63,986 bases of DNA, filler included, from Dimargaris cristalligena (GCA_003614675.1; 3 parts of 3 records of this genome joined end to end with filler, not necessarily neighbours in it); one strand, 5' to 3'; positions 37,576 to 52,056 are shown, numbered from the whole stretch's first letter. A program made the numbers and translations. Notes: generated by a model not told the origin, from the sequence alone.

Positions 37576-38964
37576 ATGGCCACTATTTCCAACCCCCCTG
37601 CCAACGCCTCCGATGAAATAACCCCGCTACCCTCACCAGGTCTCACCCTTCTCCTCGCCTTGTTTTACCCGAGCCATACACTTGGACCCCAAATGATTCG
37701 ATACTTCAACACCCGGGAACAACTCCGGCTAGCGGCCGTTTGCCGTGAGCTGCGCGCCTGTGTGGCACCGCTATACCAGTGGTCGTTTCATCTCGAACCG
37801 GCCCAGTATTACCCCACTTTTGCAACGTTATCACCCAGGGCTGAGGGTCCTTGAAGTGGACCCAGCACTGGCTGGCCAGCCCGACGAACTCGCGGAACTG
37901 GCCCAGCTCCTGGGGCATTGTTCGCAATGGGGGAATATCAGTATTTGTGTAGGGGATTTGGCAGATTGGTCCCTGCTCGCCGCCCGTTGTTTCACCCACC
38001 TTGCTCGGTTCCCTCGGAGGATATCGCTTACGATATTAGGGCCCTCTGGGTGGTCCAGTCTAGGCAGCGATACCTCATTGGTAAACGAAGATTATTCAGA
38101 GGCCGCTTGTAAGTATTTCGGTCGAATTACCCATTTTGAGCTCGACGGCTATCTAGACCCTTTTGAAACCAACACGGTTTTGCGAGTTCTCGCCCCGTTT
38201 ACATCCCTCCAGCGACTCGAATTAGGGAAACATATGACAACGCACCAATTATACCCAGTCCTAGCTGTCAAATATCCCCGTATCACCCATTTTGAAATCC
38301 ATACCGCAGCAGAATGGCCTTCTCCTCTCTATCATTACAGTGGCCCCATCTTTCAGCATCTTGTATCTCTCACTCTGCACCCTGGCCACCACATCACCAA
38401 TATCGCCTTTAGCTTGGGTGCTTTAGTCACTACGGATTTCCCCAATCTGCGTCACGTAGAACACCGGCCTAGTTGGATAGTTGACCTCCAGGCTCCCGCC
38501 ATTCGGACAGCCTATCTCCACTTTTTGGGGCGAGCCTGGCCTCATATCCGCTCATTAGACCTAACGCTATGCCAATGGACAGACGAAATGGGTACCCTCA
38601 TTGCGCGGAATTTCCCCCGGCTCCAATCGATGGTGGTGGATGGCAACATTGGCGAGAGCTCCATCTGCTCCATAGTACTGTCCCAGTGTTGTCGATAAAA
38701 TTATTTCTGGGTATCCAAACATTCGCATAGAGGCGCCCTTCAGAACCTTTTAAAACACCCCTTGGTATACCCCGACTGTTGCATTTCGGCTATTACGATG
38801 AATATGTTAACTGGGACAGCGTGATGGCCATCCTTGCCCGCTTTCCCAATGTCCGGGAGTTAGATACCCAGATCTACCCTCTTGCCATGCAAAACCGATT
38901 TCAAACGGAATACCCCGATATTCGTATCGTAGAATATCGTGACCCCATAACTACTAGACTATAG
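37576..38964 (+). pseudogene. F-box/LRR(RNI)-like gene with two frameshifts and a TAG
   Basis: F-box-like IRYFNTREQLRLAAVCRELR and LRR-like LQRLEL, FPNLRHVE, WPHIRSLDL, FPRLQSM and FPNVRELD, spread over three frames. Shifts near 37812-37815 and ~38695, TAG at 38728-38730. Confidence 0.6.
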
Positions 38965-40277
38965 ATAGTCGCCGCAATTGCATGATGCCGTAACTATTCG
39001 TCTCCCATAGTATGAATAGCTACCTATTTTTGGATAAGGGGGACCTTGGCAGGCCCCTCTTCATTGAGCAAATTAACGTAACAATGGCTTCTCCAGATGC
39101 GGTAAACTCGGAGTGGATCTGTTACAACTATTAATGCCTTCCTTTTTTTGGAATGCTTATTTTGGCCCCATATTAATTTAATATAATATTTGGGCCACCC
39201 TTCTTCTTTAGAAAATACAAGAAATAATGCATGTGAGGCTTAAATCATATTTAAACCTGCGGTATACTAAACAGACCGACCGACCCCGCTATGCCTAGTT
39301 TTATTACGAACCACATTTTTCCCTGATTTTAATTTGGCTTGCGATACCTAGTCGAAACGATGTCCAGTAGAACTACCAATTTCCCCCAAAAATTGGCGGA
39401 AAATGAAATGTCGGGGAGTTTAGTAAAATCGGAAAATACCTACAGCACAAGTCTTTGGAGTAATCAGCGAAAATATATTAAATGGGAATTCGAAATAAAT
39501 AATGTTCCGTCCTTTTGGTCCGGCGCTGATAACCCCTCCCAAGGATAGGTTTGCCCACTCAGTGCAGACAATTTGCTGTAATTGTGATTGAACCAGCGGG
39601 GTAGATTGAGAGCCGGATCATTATACATGTGCTATACGGGAATTCTAGACTGTTACTTTTCTAGGTTCGCCGATGGAACATTGGCGGGTTCGGCGAATGT
39701 AATACGTGGCCACAAACGACAATATCGCCGGTTCTCCATGACACGGGATCTAAGCAAAAATTGACTGGTAATCGAATAACTTCCAAAGTAGCTACAGTGT
39801 AGATAATACTTCATTCAAATGCAGGTCAGTATAGTAATATTCAATGATCATTTGGGTAACCTGAGGTATTATATAACCTGCGGTTTTGCTTCATTTTCGA
39901 AGGATCATAGAGAGAAGGCTATTGACTTATAACAATTAGTATATATATTAGGTGGTTCATAGTGCTCTTTGGAAGACGAGACCCTCCCATGGGGAAGCGC
40001 TTATTTTATACATTCACTGACCCGGATTCCCCTTCTTATTTTCCTGTTCGTTTCTTGTTCTTCTAATTACTAGCCCGGGTCTCCATATAACCTGTCCTTC
40101 ACCACCCCCATTTGTAACCATTGCTTTGTTTTCAGCTATTGGCTCAGTGACTCCGACTTTCCCTTACTGACCGTTTTCCATTAGCCTTCGCTGCATTCCT
40201 TTACCACACGTATTACTTCTATTTATATACCTTTCTAATACGAGCGTCCACAGTTACCTTTTATTCAGGTCGAAACC

Positions 40278-42082
40278 ATGAGCTCTAACGCCCCCTTCAA
40301 GAACTTCGTCGCCGAAAACGAAGTCACCGACTGGATACCCCCCCAGGACCAAGTTTACCGGTTCGATAGCGAGGCCTACACCCAGTCGCTGAAGGCCAAG
40401 CCATGGAAAGACGAGTAAGTTTAACTATCAGTTCGTATTCTCGGTGCTTCCGCATCAGCCACCTTCGTATATATATCTGTATTTTTGAAGGAAAGGTGAA
40501 AACTTGTGGGGTTATGCCGAAACCCACCACCGTCGTTCTGGTCAATACCAACCATCGGGCCGCCGGCAAATCCCCCCCGGGGGCCCATGCCTCTTTAAAA
40601 CTCCGTCCACGGATATTTGCTAACCCACGCAATCTACTGAATGGAGGAGGTTTCTGTTTTATCCAGCCCCAAATACTTCACTCAGGTACGGATATCCGCC
40701 GTGGCCCTGATTAAAATGGTGACCCACGCCCGGTCCGGCGGCGACATTGAAATCATGGGCCTAATGCAGGGTAAAATCGTGGACCGAACCATGGTGGTCA
40801 TGGATGCATTTGCCCTACCCGTGGAGGGAACGGAAACCCGGGTCAACGCCCAGGACCAGGCCTACGAGTATATGGTGCAATACCTGACCAAGTCCAAAGA
40901 GGTCGGCCGGCTGGAAAACGCCATTGGTTGGTACCATAGTCATCCCGGATACGGCTGCTGGCTCTCGGGGATTGATGTCAATACCCAGACCCTGAATCAA
41001 CAGTTCCAGGACCCTTGGTTGGCTGTAGTGGTCGATCCCAAACGAACCGCCTCGGCCGGGAAAGTAGATCTGGGCGCCTTTCGCACCTACCCGAAAGGGC
41101 ATCGTCCTAAGCAGGAATCCACCCGCACCGAGTTCCAGCCCATTCCTCTGGAAAAAATTGAAGACTTTGGGGTTCATTGCAACGAGTAAGTTTCATGGTC
41201 AACTTTAGGTTATACTACCCAGGTCGGTGGTGATGGGGGGGGGGGAGATTACGCCATTTACTCACTGTTGTTATTTCTCTTAATGGAGAACGATCACTTG
41301 GTGTTTTTTTTTCTTGGTTAGACTATACTAAACATATACTATTTATATGGATGGTAACAACCAATCTATTTCGGACGCTCCCAGGTATTATCCGCTGGAG
41401 GTCTCTTACTTCAAGTCGTCGCTCGATACGGCGATGCTCCAGAGCCTGTGGACTAAGTACTGGGCCTATACACTCTCTCAGTCGTCCCTTATTGCAGTAA
41501 GTACCACCGATGTATCACACCTATTGTGTTTGATCCGAGAGGAATGAAATACCTTGAGCACATATAAGTAGATTCGAAGGGACTCGGTTCGTCTAATATT
41601 CACAACTATATTCATTTATCGTATATGACTGCACCACTATGTGTCCACTCGTAATGTTTTACCGTAGAATCGAGACTTCCTGACTGCCCGAATCACCGAT
41701 GTAGCCCATAAATTTGCCAAGAATAAGGGAGGAATGGTGTCCATTACGCATACCGACGCCTGCAGGCCGAAAAAGAAATCGTCGGAGGATAGCCAGGCGT
41801 TGAAGTTGGCTCAAGAAAGGTAGGCTTCTAATAGAGCGCAGCTTGTTTTTTTAGACCCTGATGTTTTACCATTACAATTATACACTAACTTTATACTAAT
41901 AGTGGTGACTTGTCCTCTTTATCTAACACTTGTTGACCGAACCTCGGTCTAATTCGAACCTTTACGTGGGCTAAAGCACCCAAATGTGCTGCGATACGAT
42001 CCACAGCGCCATGTCCCAGGTAATGAAGGCCATCCTATTTCAACGGCAATCGGGCTCCAAGCCGAATTCCGTCGCAGAGTAG
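40278..42082 (+). CDS. CSN5: COP9 signalosome subunit 5 (JAMM deneddylase, 5 exons)
   Basis: Exons 40278-40414, 40667-41185, 41385-41496, 41668-41819 and 41977-42082. Motifs [67 protein letters not shown] and [14 protein letters not shown]. Confidence 0.95.
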
Positions 42083-42787
42083 CCGTCGTTCCGGGACATT
42101 TGGCCATTTATAGTATGTACATCTATAAACCACTCACATGAACTCTGCCTCGCAACCCTTGTGATTTATTGAGGAAAAGAAGCCACTTCTCCTATTTCTA
42201 TGTGCAATTGAATTTTAACTATAAGGGTTGGAAGCCCTCTTCTGCTGCAGTGGCTTTTTTCTTGAGCTATACACGGAGTACGGTTGTGCCCGCTAACTCG
42301 GCTGTCCGGGTATAGGCGATTTATCGGTATCCATATTAAAAACACCTGGCCCGTCGCTTGTTAGACCCACTAATGGGGGGATGCGGTACCTCAATGATGC
42401 TCGATAGACTTAGGTGCGGGTTTTTGTGTTGCTCATGGTAATATTACTCATTATACCCGCGTATTAGTATCCACCCCACCTATACGCATCGTTTTATAAT
42501 AACACCGGTTAATAGAATTATTTGGGTTTATTTAACCGAATCTAATGTGAAGATTAGCCATATGCTGGCAAGAGAATTATAAGCAACGATTGTGTCGCAT
42601 TTATAACTGAGTGTCGTGAAAAGATACTAACAGGTGGTGGGAATCTCATTGGAGATTCTATCAATAAATAGCTAAACTCAATAATTATTAAAGTACGGGA
42701 ATTTAAAAAATACTAATCATACCAGAGACCGCGAGAGATGCTGCGATTAATGGTGCGGTGTAAAAATGTGAAAATAACGTGAATGCT

Positions 42788-43119
42788 TTAGACACGGGCC
42801 ACAGCGCGGACGTGGGGTAGTTTGCTTATAGCCGTGAAATTTTTGGGGTCGAATTTAAGGACCACGGTATTGTCATTGAGCTGATTATGGGAAGTGCCGT
42901 AGCAGATATGGGTTCGCTGCAATGCCGCAAGGAAAGCCCGGCGATTCTGCTGACCAGTGGACATGGCCAATTTACCATCGATGGTGACGCGGTAGTTGCG
43001 GAAACTAGGTTGGTTCGGATTGCACGATGTTGTGGTTCCAATGGGTTTAGGTTTAGGGGCGACAGCAGCCTTGGGGCTCAAGGGCTTTTGGGGGGGGGCT
43101 GGGCGGGCATGTGGGTCGG
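42788..43119 (-). CDS. 3' part of a small protein: Pro/Lys-rich linker plus possible peptidase-inhibitor I9-like domain (5' end lost in gap)
   Basis: Open frame running into the gap. 'NYRVTI...VVLKFDPKNFTAISKLPHVRAV' loosely resembles a subtilisin propeptide/I9 pattern. Confidence 0.35.
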
Positions 43120-43219
43120 NNNNNNNNNNNNNNNNNNNNNNNNNNNNNNNNNNNNNNNNNNNNTTAATTAATTAANNNNNNNNNNNNNNNNNNNNNNNNN
43201 NNNNNNNNNNNNNNNNNNN
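43120..43219. other. Artificial assembly spacer (N44-TTAATTAATTAA-N44)
   Basis: Same 100-nt linker as 21517..21616. Confidence 0.97.
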
Positions 43220-46000
43220 AGCAGCGAAATATAAACCCGACTGCTTGGCTGTTTAGTAAGTGGTGGTAATGAACCGGGCTGAAGTGGATACTGTTAATAG
43301 TACCGGGATCAGTGACTATTTATATTAACCGGGTTAAAATATAGTGGGTAGCAAGGATCAGACCATGTAGGGAGGCCGTCCCCTACCACCCCATCTCGGC
43401 CCCTAGCTTTCGGCCAGTAGAGGCGTGAAATCGAATCAAAACACGAAGCCAAACTGAAGGCTCAATGAAAGTACTTGCCGACGTGTTGTGTAATTTGGAC
43501 ACCACCAGAAATTGGAGCTGGTTGGCGACACTTTTGCTGATAGGCATTAAGTACCCAACCCCTATATTGTTGATAAAATGGCATGTTCTTGATTCTCCGT
43601 ATCCGATGGGAAATATTATTGACATTGATGTGCCACGATGGAGTAACAGGTATTACCGGAACCTCTTTTCGGCCAAAGTTTTCTACAACTCCCACCTTCA
43701 ATCGGAACTACCAATGTGGCCCACGCACAGTACTGGCCAGGAAACTCCAACTGTACACTAGCTGGTGTTGGAGTAAGCCGATGAATCTTTCCCGTTCGGA
43801 TGGAGAGAAAGGGTATTGAGGGAGTACAAGGAAGCTGCCTCGGCATTCACTCCATGTGCTAGATTTTCCTAATCGGGACCCGCCACCCCCAATATCCTAG
43901 AGTATGTTGGCCCGCTAACAATAATTGAGTAACCGCTGTTCCACTTTACTCTAGCCAACCGCCTTCTAGGCACACTGCATCCTTGCTGATAGGTTGCCGT
44001 AAGTGTTGATAGTATTACCTGGTTGGGGAAGTGATGGTATCCTAGTACCACATCCTCGCATTGGGCTGACTTAATGTGGATATTCTGCCTATAAAGGCCG
44101 CTTAGTCCTATATACCATTTGTCTTGGGGGAGGGTGGGGGTACCTCCTCACCCAACGGTGAACTATATGTTTCCTCGTCATCTTCAAATAACCAAACTCC
44201 ACCTCTACATTAGTCGCCAACGCATTTCTTACGATGATTCTCGTGATAAAAGTTAAACTCAATCGGACTTACTTTCAATTTACACCCAACTTCTTTGTTC
44301 CCGCTGCTGGATGTCCAATTTTGTTAGATTATTGCAGTTTAATGGTATATACCTAACTACAGTGGCATAGTTAGCGAACCATTTTATTGGACTGTCTGTG
44401 TTTTTATATTTGTTAGTCAGAATATATCATCTCATGAACACTTAAGACATATTAAATATAGGTGAGATTAAGCCCAAAGTATAGGGTATTAAATGATAAA
44501 TGTGAGAGATAACATCTGGCATGTTTTTTTTTTTTTTTAGTAGGCAACTTTGTTGAAACTGCCCCATATTGATCGGTGCATTAGCCAGCTTAGTGAATTA
44601 TTCTGGCTAACTTAAGGATATTGTAGACTTGACTAATCACTAGGTATTAGCCATTCACAGCAGTTGATGCTGGTCCTTGGGTAACGGCAATCAATCCCAA
44701 GCTAATTTATGTTAACTGATAAGTACAGCCAACCCCACAAATACGTAAATCTTAGTCATAAAGTTGTGGTCCCTTCTATCCAAGGTCTTGTGAATCCACA
44801 CTAATTTACTGCAGGATGCTCTACCTCACAACCTACCTTGTATTGGTTTAATATATTATTAACCTTGTTAAATATAATGCCAGCATTTTGAGGGGCTCCA
44901 CTGGAATGTCCTTGGGAGGGTTGACAGTTGGAGGAGGAATCTCTGGTTTACCATCCCCAGATGGTTCACCTTTCTTGGTTGAGTGGTGTGGAAGGTTAGG
45001 CTTGATTGGTTTTGAGGGAGTTGAGACTGAGGTGGCTTTGGGGAAGTCACCACTGAGTTCTCTGTCTTCCATTGTGCTGTTGCATTGCTGGCTAAGAAAA
45101 TATAATAAAAATAAAAACATTATAAATAAATGATTATAATCAATTTGGTACTTAGAGATACCAAAACTTTAAACTAAGTGATAATAAAATAAGATAGAAA
45201 TGGTGATAATAATAATCAAGTAAAACTGGGTAAAGGGTAATCATTAGGGTCATCTGGTGAAGTTAATGTAGATGTTTATTCTGAGTAATAGAGGCTTATA
45301 TTGAAAATAATATATCACAAAAACACTTATCTCAAATTTAACTTATCCCTTTAACTGAGGGGATGCTGCTAAGGTCTATATAAAAAATTAACCAAACTAA
45401 ATAACTATGACTAAGATTAATAACTGTAATAATTATAGGTCATAAAAACCTGCAATAGGGAAAAAAACTGACCTACTGGCTAAACTATGGCCATGAATAT
45501 ATTCAATGGAAGCAAAATATAGAAATTGGAAGGTTGGAAGACACAGTCTTCCCAGTCCCCCTTCATATCAGATATTGATAAAACTAAATAAAAAGAATGC
45601 ATGCTACATAGTTGTATGGTACAATCCCAAGAAGGAATCCACTGGAGGCTAGTTATTCCTAAGCCTCACTCATAAACGGATCATCAAATAATAAACATAG
45701 TAATGTGGCCAATCATCATGGGTTAAAATCACCATTGACTTCAATGGCCTATAATTTTGCTAATAATAAATGGAAATATAAATAGAATACTAAGTTGGAA
45801 AGCTGAAGAAAAGGAGAATTAGTTTGTATAAAGAAATGGAATAACACTTTTAGCCCCGGACTGTTCCCATGGAATCAACTTGTCAATTGTCCAGGGACCT
45901 CAAATCTGCCCAAAGTATGCCTACTTCTTAGATTGGTAACTGGTGCCAATGCTTACGCAGCCTTGGCTCAGCTGCCCATGGCAGCATATTAAATCCATAT

Positions 46001-46136
46001 GGGAGAAGTTCATTCAGGCTGTATAATGAAAAACCCATTGGATGAGGCCAATATTGTTGGTTAAAAGCTATTCTCACATATATTCACCCATATATATATT
46101 ATGTAAAACCTTATACAGCTGGTTTGAATTTCACCC
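46001..46136. mobile_element. MITE copy C (136 bp, ATAT flanks)
   Basis: ATAT|GGGAGAAGTTCATTCAGGCTGTATAA ... TTATACAGCTGGTTTGAATTTCACCC|ATAT. Confidence 0.85.
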
Positions 46137-47645
46137 ATATTCATTTTTCGTAATTATCTTCTCAGACTATAGTCTCTCTGGCCAAGTCTTCATTTTCAAA
46201 TGCCCTACTCTGTATGTACGCAACTGTTGATATTTATACTATTAACTACTGGAAACCCTGAGTGACTCTATGCTACCGAGTAACTGGGGATATCTTTCAC
46301 TTCCACAACCGTTTCTATGTCATCGATAAAAATATGGGCAGCTTACTTGCTTCCCAGGACCTATATTTGTTGCACTCCAATAGTGTACCTGTGGTATAAT
46401 TGTCATCTATACATGAAATATGTGCCATGACCCGTGAGTGATTCTCCCTGCTTTTTCCTCGCCTGACCTACTACTGCCTAGAAAGTCGCCTAATTTACAT
46501 CAGTCGAGAGACTGACCTGGTGTGGGCACATTCCCGAGCTCATCCAGTACTGGATTCATCATAGTTCCAGGCCATATAACCCCCGTTATGTAGGTTATTT
46601 TCGGGAGTGGCGAACTCACAGAATCTGGTACTATCTTGCCGTTTTGTCCGGGTTTGTTACCAAACTTACACTTGGACGGTGCTTACTTAGCGGTTAAGTG
46701 GTATTATTAGCAACATGTTTAAAGTCTACTAGTGTGGACAGTGTGTGACGTGGTGTGTCTATTGTAAGCCCTCCATGTTCTGGGGGGGGGACTATGGGGT
46801 AATAGCTAACGTGCCGAGATGTAATCAGTAAAGCACTAATCACTGCCAACGGCCCTACCTTTTGCCCCTGGTATGCTATAGCCATGTGTCAAGGCGGAAA
46901 TCTCCCGTTGATATTGGCGAAAAGCTCGAAGATACTGTTGGCCAGACCAATAAAACAGAACAATGTATGTTTTTTTTTTCAATACGGGACTCTCGGAGGC
47001 CCTCTCATCTGTTTACCCAGTCTAATATGGGCATGTTATTAGGTATGGAATCCAAGGATTCGGATAAATGAACCCCCAAACGCCAGTTAAAAGAATATGG
47101 GCTTTATTATAGGGGAAATGTGTGCATTCCCCTCTCCTCATTGCCCTCCTATATACGCCACACCCCGGCATTGGCATCAATCTATTTGACAGGTAAATAC
47201 CCCACCACACCCGACGTATTAAATGTAGTTGTTGATCGTAGTAAATACGAGAACAGCGTGGATAGTTTTAGTTAAAATGATGCAGGAAATTAAAGTACGA
47301 ATGAGTGTGAAAGAAGCTCGATGAAGGCGGTAGGAGAGAGAAAGTCCTTGAAAGGAATGAATGTATGGTTGGGCTGGGTAAGGGGGGTGATGTTATAGGT
47401 GGGGGAGAGGCCAAGTAACGAACCACGTGAGGCGAGTGGTTACAGGGAGGAGAACCTATCACTTCCAGCCAGATGGAAAAAAATGATGCAAATTTTTCGC
47501 TATTGGGGATAAAGCAGAGAACCCGCTTGCCTATTCGGTTGGCCAGGGTCAATTCCACAGCCGTGGCGTATTACCCACCACACATTGGAAAATCCCCTCA
47601 AAAACACTGCAACTCTTGATACGGCGGCACACTCCTTCTCTGCCG

Positions 47646-47674
47646 GTTTTTTTTCAACCGGGTTGAAAAAAAAC
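47646..47674. promoter_or_regulatory. Perfect 14-bp-arm palindrome upstream of SSB
   Basis: GTTTTTTTTCAACC-G-GGTTGAAAAAAAAC, about 270 nt upstream of the ATG. The regulatory role is inferred. Confidence 0.4.
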
Positions 47675-47941
47675 ACACACACACCAACCAACAGAACGCG
47701 GGCCTGGTTGAATGGGATGGGGTAAAAAAAACCCCTGCCCTGATTCGCGGGCTATATGCGCCCCCCCTGTCCTATATCCCGGCCCACTTCCCCAGCTGCC
47801 CTCCAAGTTCCTTCCCTTCCTTTCCTTCGCTTTCGAGCTGCCTGTGCCCATTTCCTTGTAGACGATCCCCTTCTACTCGACTTTTTTCTCACACTTCCGT
47901 CCTTTTCCTCGATCCCGACCACACACACACACATATTCACT

Positions 47942-49795
47942 ATGTCTGAAGAATACCAGGGTGCCATCGGTATCGATCTCGGTACCACCTACTCTTGCGT
48001 CGCCGTCTGGGAAGGTGAGCGTGTTGAGATCATTGCCAACGAGCAGGGTAACCGTACCACCCCCTCCTATGTGGCCTTTGACGACAAGGAGCGCATGGTT
48101 GGTGACGCCGCCAAGAACCAGAGCGCCCGTAACCCCACCAACACCGTCTTCGACGCCAAGCGCCTGATCGGTCGTCGTTTCGACGACCCCGAGGTCAAGT
48201 CGGACATGAAGCACTGGCCCTTCACCGTGGTTGACAAGGATGGTCAGCCCTCCATCCAGGTCAACTTCCAGGGTGAGGAGAAGCACTTCAGCCCCCAGGA
48301 GATCTCCGCCATGGTCCTCGTTAAGATGAAGGAAACCGCTGAGGCTAAGATCGGTAAGAAGGTCGGTAAGGCCGTCGTCACCGTGCCCGCCTACTTCAAC
48401 GACGCCCAGCGTCAGGCTACCAAGGACGCCGGTTCCATCGCTGGTCTCGAGGTCCTCCGTATCATCAACGAGCCCACCGCCGCCGCCATTGCCTACGGTC
48501 TGGACTCCAAGGTCAAGCGCGAGAAGCAGGTGCTCATTTTCGATCTGGGTGGTGGTACCTTCGATGTGTCCCTCCTGTCCATCTCCGGTGGTATCTTCAC
48601 CGTCAAGGCCACCGCTGGTGACACCCATCTCGGTGGTGAGGACTTCGACAACACCCTCCTCAACTACTTCAAGGAGGACTTCCTCAAGAAGCACAAGCAC
48701 GACATCTCCGGTGACGCCCGCGCCACCCGTCGTCTTCGTACCGCCTGCGAGCGCGCCAAGCGTACCCTCAGTTCCGTTACCCAGACCACCATCGAAATCG
48801 ACTCTCTGTTCCAGGGTATCGATTACCAGGCCAACATCACCCGTGCCCGTTTCGAGGAGCTCAACAGCACCCACTTCCAGAACACCATTGACCCCGTCAA
48901 GAAGGTCCTGGCTGACGCCAAGGTCGATAAGAGCAAGGTCAACGAGATCGTTCTGGTCGGTGGTTCCACCCGTATCCCCAAGATCCAGTCCCTCCTCCAG
49001 GAGTTCTTTGACGGCAAGGAGCTGAACAAGTCCATCAACCCCGATGAGGCTGTCGCCTACGGTGCCGCCGTCCAGGCCGCCGTGCTGACCAACACCTCCG
49101 ACCCCGCCAAGACCCAGGACCTCCTCCTTCTGGATGTCGTCCCCCTGTCCCTCGGCGTGGAGATGCAGGGTGGTATCATGGCCGTTGTGGTGCCCCGCAA
49201 CACTGCCATCCCCACCATCAAGAAGAAGGTCTTCACCACCACCGATGACAACCAGACCCACGTCGAGTTCCCCATTTACGAAGGTGAGCGTACCATGTGC
49301 AAGGACAACAACCTGCTCGGTAACTTCGACCTGAACGGCATCATCCCCGCCCCCCGTGGTGTGCCCGAGCTCGAGGTCACCTTCGACCTGAACGCCGACG
49401 GTATCCTCAAGGTCACCGCCATGGACCGTGCCTCCGGTCGCCAGGCCAACATCACTATCTCCAACTCCACTGGTCATCTGTCCAGTGCCGAGATCGAGAA
49501 GATGATCGCCGACGCCGAGAAGTTCAAGGATGACGACCGGCAGCGCGAGCAGGCCGTCCAGGCCCGTCAGGACCTCGAAGCCGCCATCTACCAGGTGGAG
49601 GGCAACCTGTCCGACATCAAGGTCGAAATGCGCCTGAAGCCCCAGGACAAGGACAAGATCATGGAAGCCCTGGCCGAAGCCACTGAATTCCTCGACATCG
49701 CCTCCGCCGGCCACGCCACCAAGGACGATATCACCACTGCCCAGAAGAAGCTCCAGCGGGTGACTTCCAAGGCCTTCGCCGGTCTGCACAAGTAA
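47942..49795 (+). CDS. SSB1: Ribosome-associated Hsp70, SSB type
   Basis: [48 protein letters not shown] and [10 protein letters not shown]. Ends ..[11 protein letters not shown] with no EEVD or HDEL. Intronless with extreme C/T-ending codon bias. Confidence 0.93.
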   Translation: MSEEYQGAIGIDLGTTYSCVAVWEGERVEIIANEQGNRTTPSYVAFDDKERMVGDAAKNQSARNPTNTVFDAKRLIGRRFDDPEVKSDMKHWPFTVVDKDGQPSIQVNFQGEEKHFSPQEISAMVLVKMKETAEAKIGKKVGKAVVTVPAYFNDAQRQATKDAGSIAGLEVLRIINEPTAAAIAYGLDSKVKREKQVLIFDLGGGTFDVSLLSISGGIFTVKATAGDTHLGGEDFDNTLLNYFKEDFLKKHKHDISGDARATRRLRTACERAKRTLSSVTQTTIEIDSLFQGIDYQANITRARFEELNSTHFQNTIDPVKKVLADAKVDKSKVNEIVLVGGSTRIPKIQSLLQEFFDGKELNKSINPDEAVAYGAAVQAAVLTNTSDPAKTQDLLLLDVVPLSLGVEMQGGIMAVVVPRNTAIPTIKKKVFTTTDDNQTHVEFPIYEGERTMCKDNNLLGNFDLNGIIPAPRGVPELEVTFDLNADGILKVTAMDRASGRQANITISNSTGHLSSAEIEKMIADAEKFKDDDRQREQAVQARQDLEAAIYQVEGNLSDIKVEMRLKPQDKDKIMEALAEATEFLDIASAGHATKDDITTAQKKLQRVTSKAFAGLHK

Positions 49796-52056
49796 ACGTG
49801 TGCTCTTGGCTATCGATCTCATCCTTTCCTCCTCCCTGCCCTCCTTTCTCCGTCTACAATTTATGGGCATGTTGAGTGATGGCTTATCCGACTTGTAAAG
49901 ACGATTTTGTTGGTGTGTCGGTTTTTTATTCCTACTTATCCGCTCACCACAATAAAAAGCATCTCAGTGTCTATTTATGTACTCTGCGCTCATTCCCCTT
50001 CTCTCCCCCCTCCCTCCACTCACGCGTCTATTGCATTTCGGGTTTGCTCTGCTCGACATCTCCTATTTAAGGTGCTGCCATCCTGGTCTCACATTTTTCC
50101 CCATCATATCTCTCACCATCGTTTCCTTTGCGTGTAAAGGATCTCTTTTCTTCCCTTAGTAGGAGGATGCTAGCTCTTTCGTTCGTTAAGATGGTGTGTG
50201 CGGCATGTGTATGTGTGTGCGCGTGTGGGACTATGGTGGCTATGGTACTTGTTGTTCACCCACGTGTATGTCGTAAAACTCGAAGGTTTCTTATGAACAC
50301 TCAATTGTATACCTTCCGTATCCTCTTCTCGGTTATGCGTCCGCTATTCCTATCGTAGTCTTTGTTTTTCTCTTTCCTTTAAAATCTTATAAACGCAATT
50401 ATAAAATCCGTAACAATCTATATTATAGTATTGGGTAGTATATGATGTGTATTATCGTAGAATGAAGCAATGTAAATTGTTAAACGTATAAACTGCTTTA
50501 AAGAGTTTAGTAAGAAATGTAGTTTAATTCCATATGAGAGGTTCAACCCAGCAGCAGTATAATGATAAATCAAATTGCATGAGACCCATATTATACTCTA
50601 CTCGTTAAAAACGAACCGCCCGCATAGTTTCCCATACCATTGTTTTTCAAACCTCTATACAATTAGGGTGAATGCCACTCATAGGATCCGCTTAAAGAGC
50701 ACCACGGGTTTTCATCTAGGTTAATCACGCCTATTTTGGGGTGGTTGTCGGCTTAGTGTTGCATGTATTAAACCTACCGAAGCCCTGCAACGTTTAAATG
50801 CATTTCCATTATGTGGGGTATTTGATGGATGGCAACTTTTTAGCTGGTGGCAGTTGCTAATTTCATTGTCGGTGATTCCTACTGAATCAGTCTGGCCCTA
50901 TATGCCACAGATATGTTGAAGAATATATTCCTACGTGTTCTTTATCCTATTGCAACCATCTGAGGGAATCAGTCCCCCTGAACTAGAGTGGTTACCTGAC
51001 TCTCTCAGTGAGAGTGCACCACCAAGTGGGGAGCGAACAGTTACAAGACTTACCATCAATACCAGCATGCCCAGAGTATAAAATAAGGGCTAGCTTGTCA
51101 TAACGTGGGTTCTTTATGTTCTAATAAAATAACTATATATATCTTAAAAAGCCCCACGCCCCACTCAGCTCCCTTAAAAACACTAGTCCACCTCGACCAA
51201 ATGTAACACTATCCTGTTTCACCCAATTATGTTAGTTGATTCTGCTGTTATAAGATCATTCATGTTAGTCACTTATGTTTCACCCCATCAAAATTACAGT
51301 TCAATAAAACTAACCACCTAGAGGCACCTACTGTCCTCCAGCTACTTTCTTCCCTTACTTCCAGTTTTATTTTCTTTACATCCTTAGTATTCCAATAAGA
51401 TGTTAGTCTGAATTTATAAATATATATATTGGCCCCAGCCAAGCCATTTTAGGACAAGCTGTTTTTGTTTTTTTGGTCTGATTATTCTTTATTTTAAATG
51501 CATAAATTATATACCATATCAGTATGCATAAGTACTATAAGTGTCTTTTCAAGTAGTTTAGTGATATCTACAACTGTTTCCTTCCCCCCAGTTTTCACTT
51601 GATTAATGACACAGCCTGTAAACAGTTACTGAAATATACCCCTACAGGGGCATCCCTGGTATTGAGACACCAGAAGGTGTTGTACTTATTAGCCTTGCTG
51701 GTGGGTTTCTTAGTGGGTAGAAATGTCAACACATAGTTTGGGAGAAGGAGAAGATGAAAACTGCAGAGATAGACTATCACATGGTCAAAAACAGTTGTTG
51801 TCAAAGTAAAGCAGTGTACTAGGATTCAAACCCCCATATATTGTCACTGATAGACATTATAGATATATAAGTGCACATATATATATGCAAGAGAAGCAGG
51901 GCCTTCCCCAGGTAGTACCCATTAATTTATCTCTCCCTTGGACCCCATGTAATCCTTCTGCAAACTCAAAAGCTCGAGACATTTCTACACTTATTCGAGC
52001 AACTATATATATAAAATCATACTCTTAACTCTTGTTATTTCCGCGATTAAATTGCC

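Noticed and set aside
47873-49870. 665-aa antisense ORF over SSB
   Set aside because: Well-known Hsp70 shadow ORF. Strong codon bias (avoidance of TTA/CTA/TCA) leaves the antisense frame stop-free, and there is no independent domain signal.
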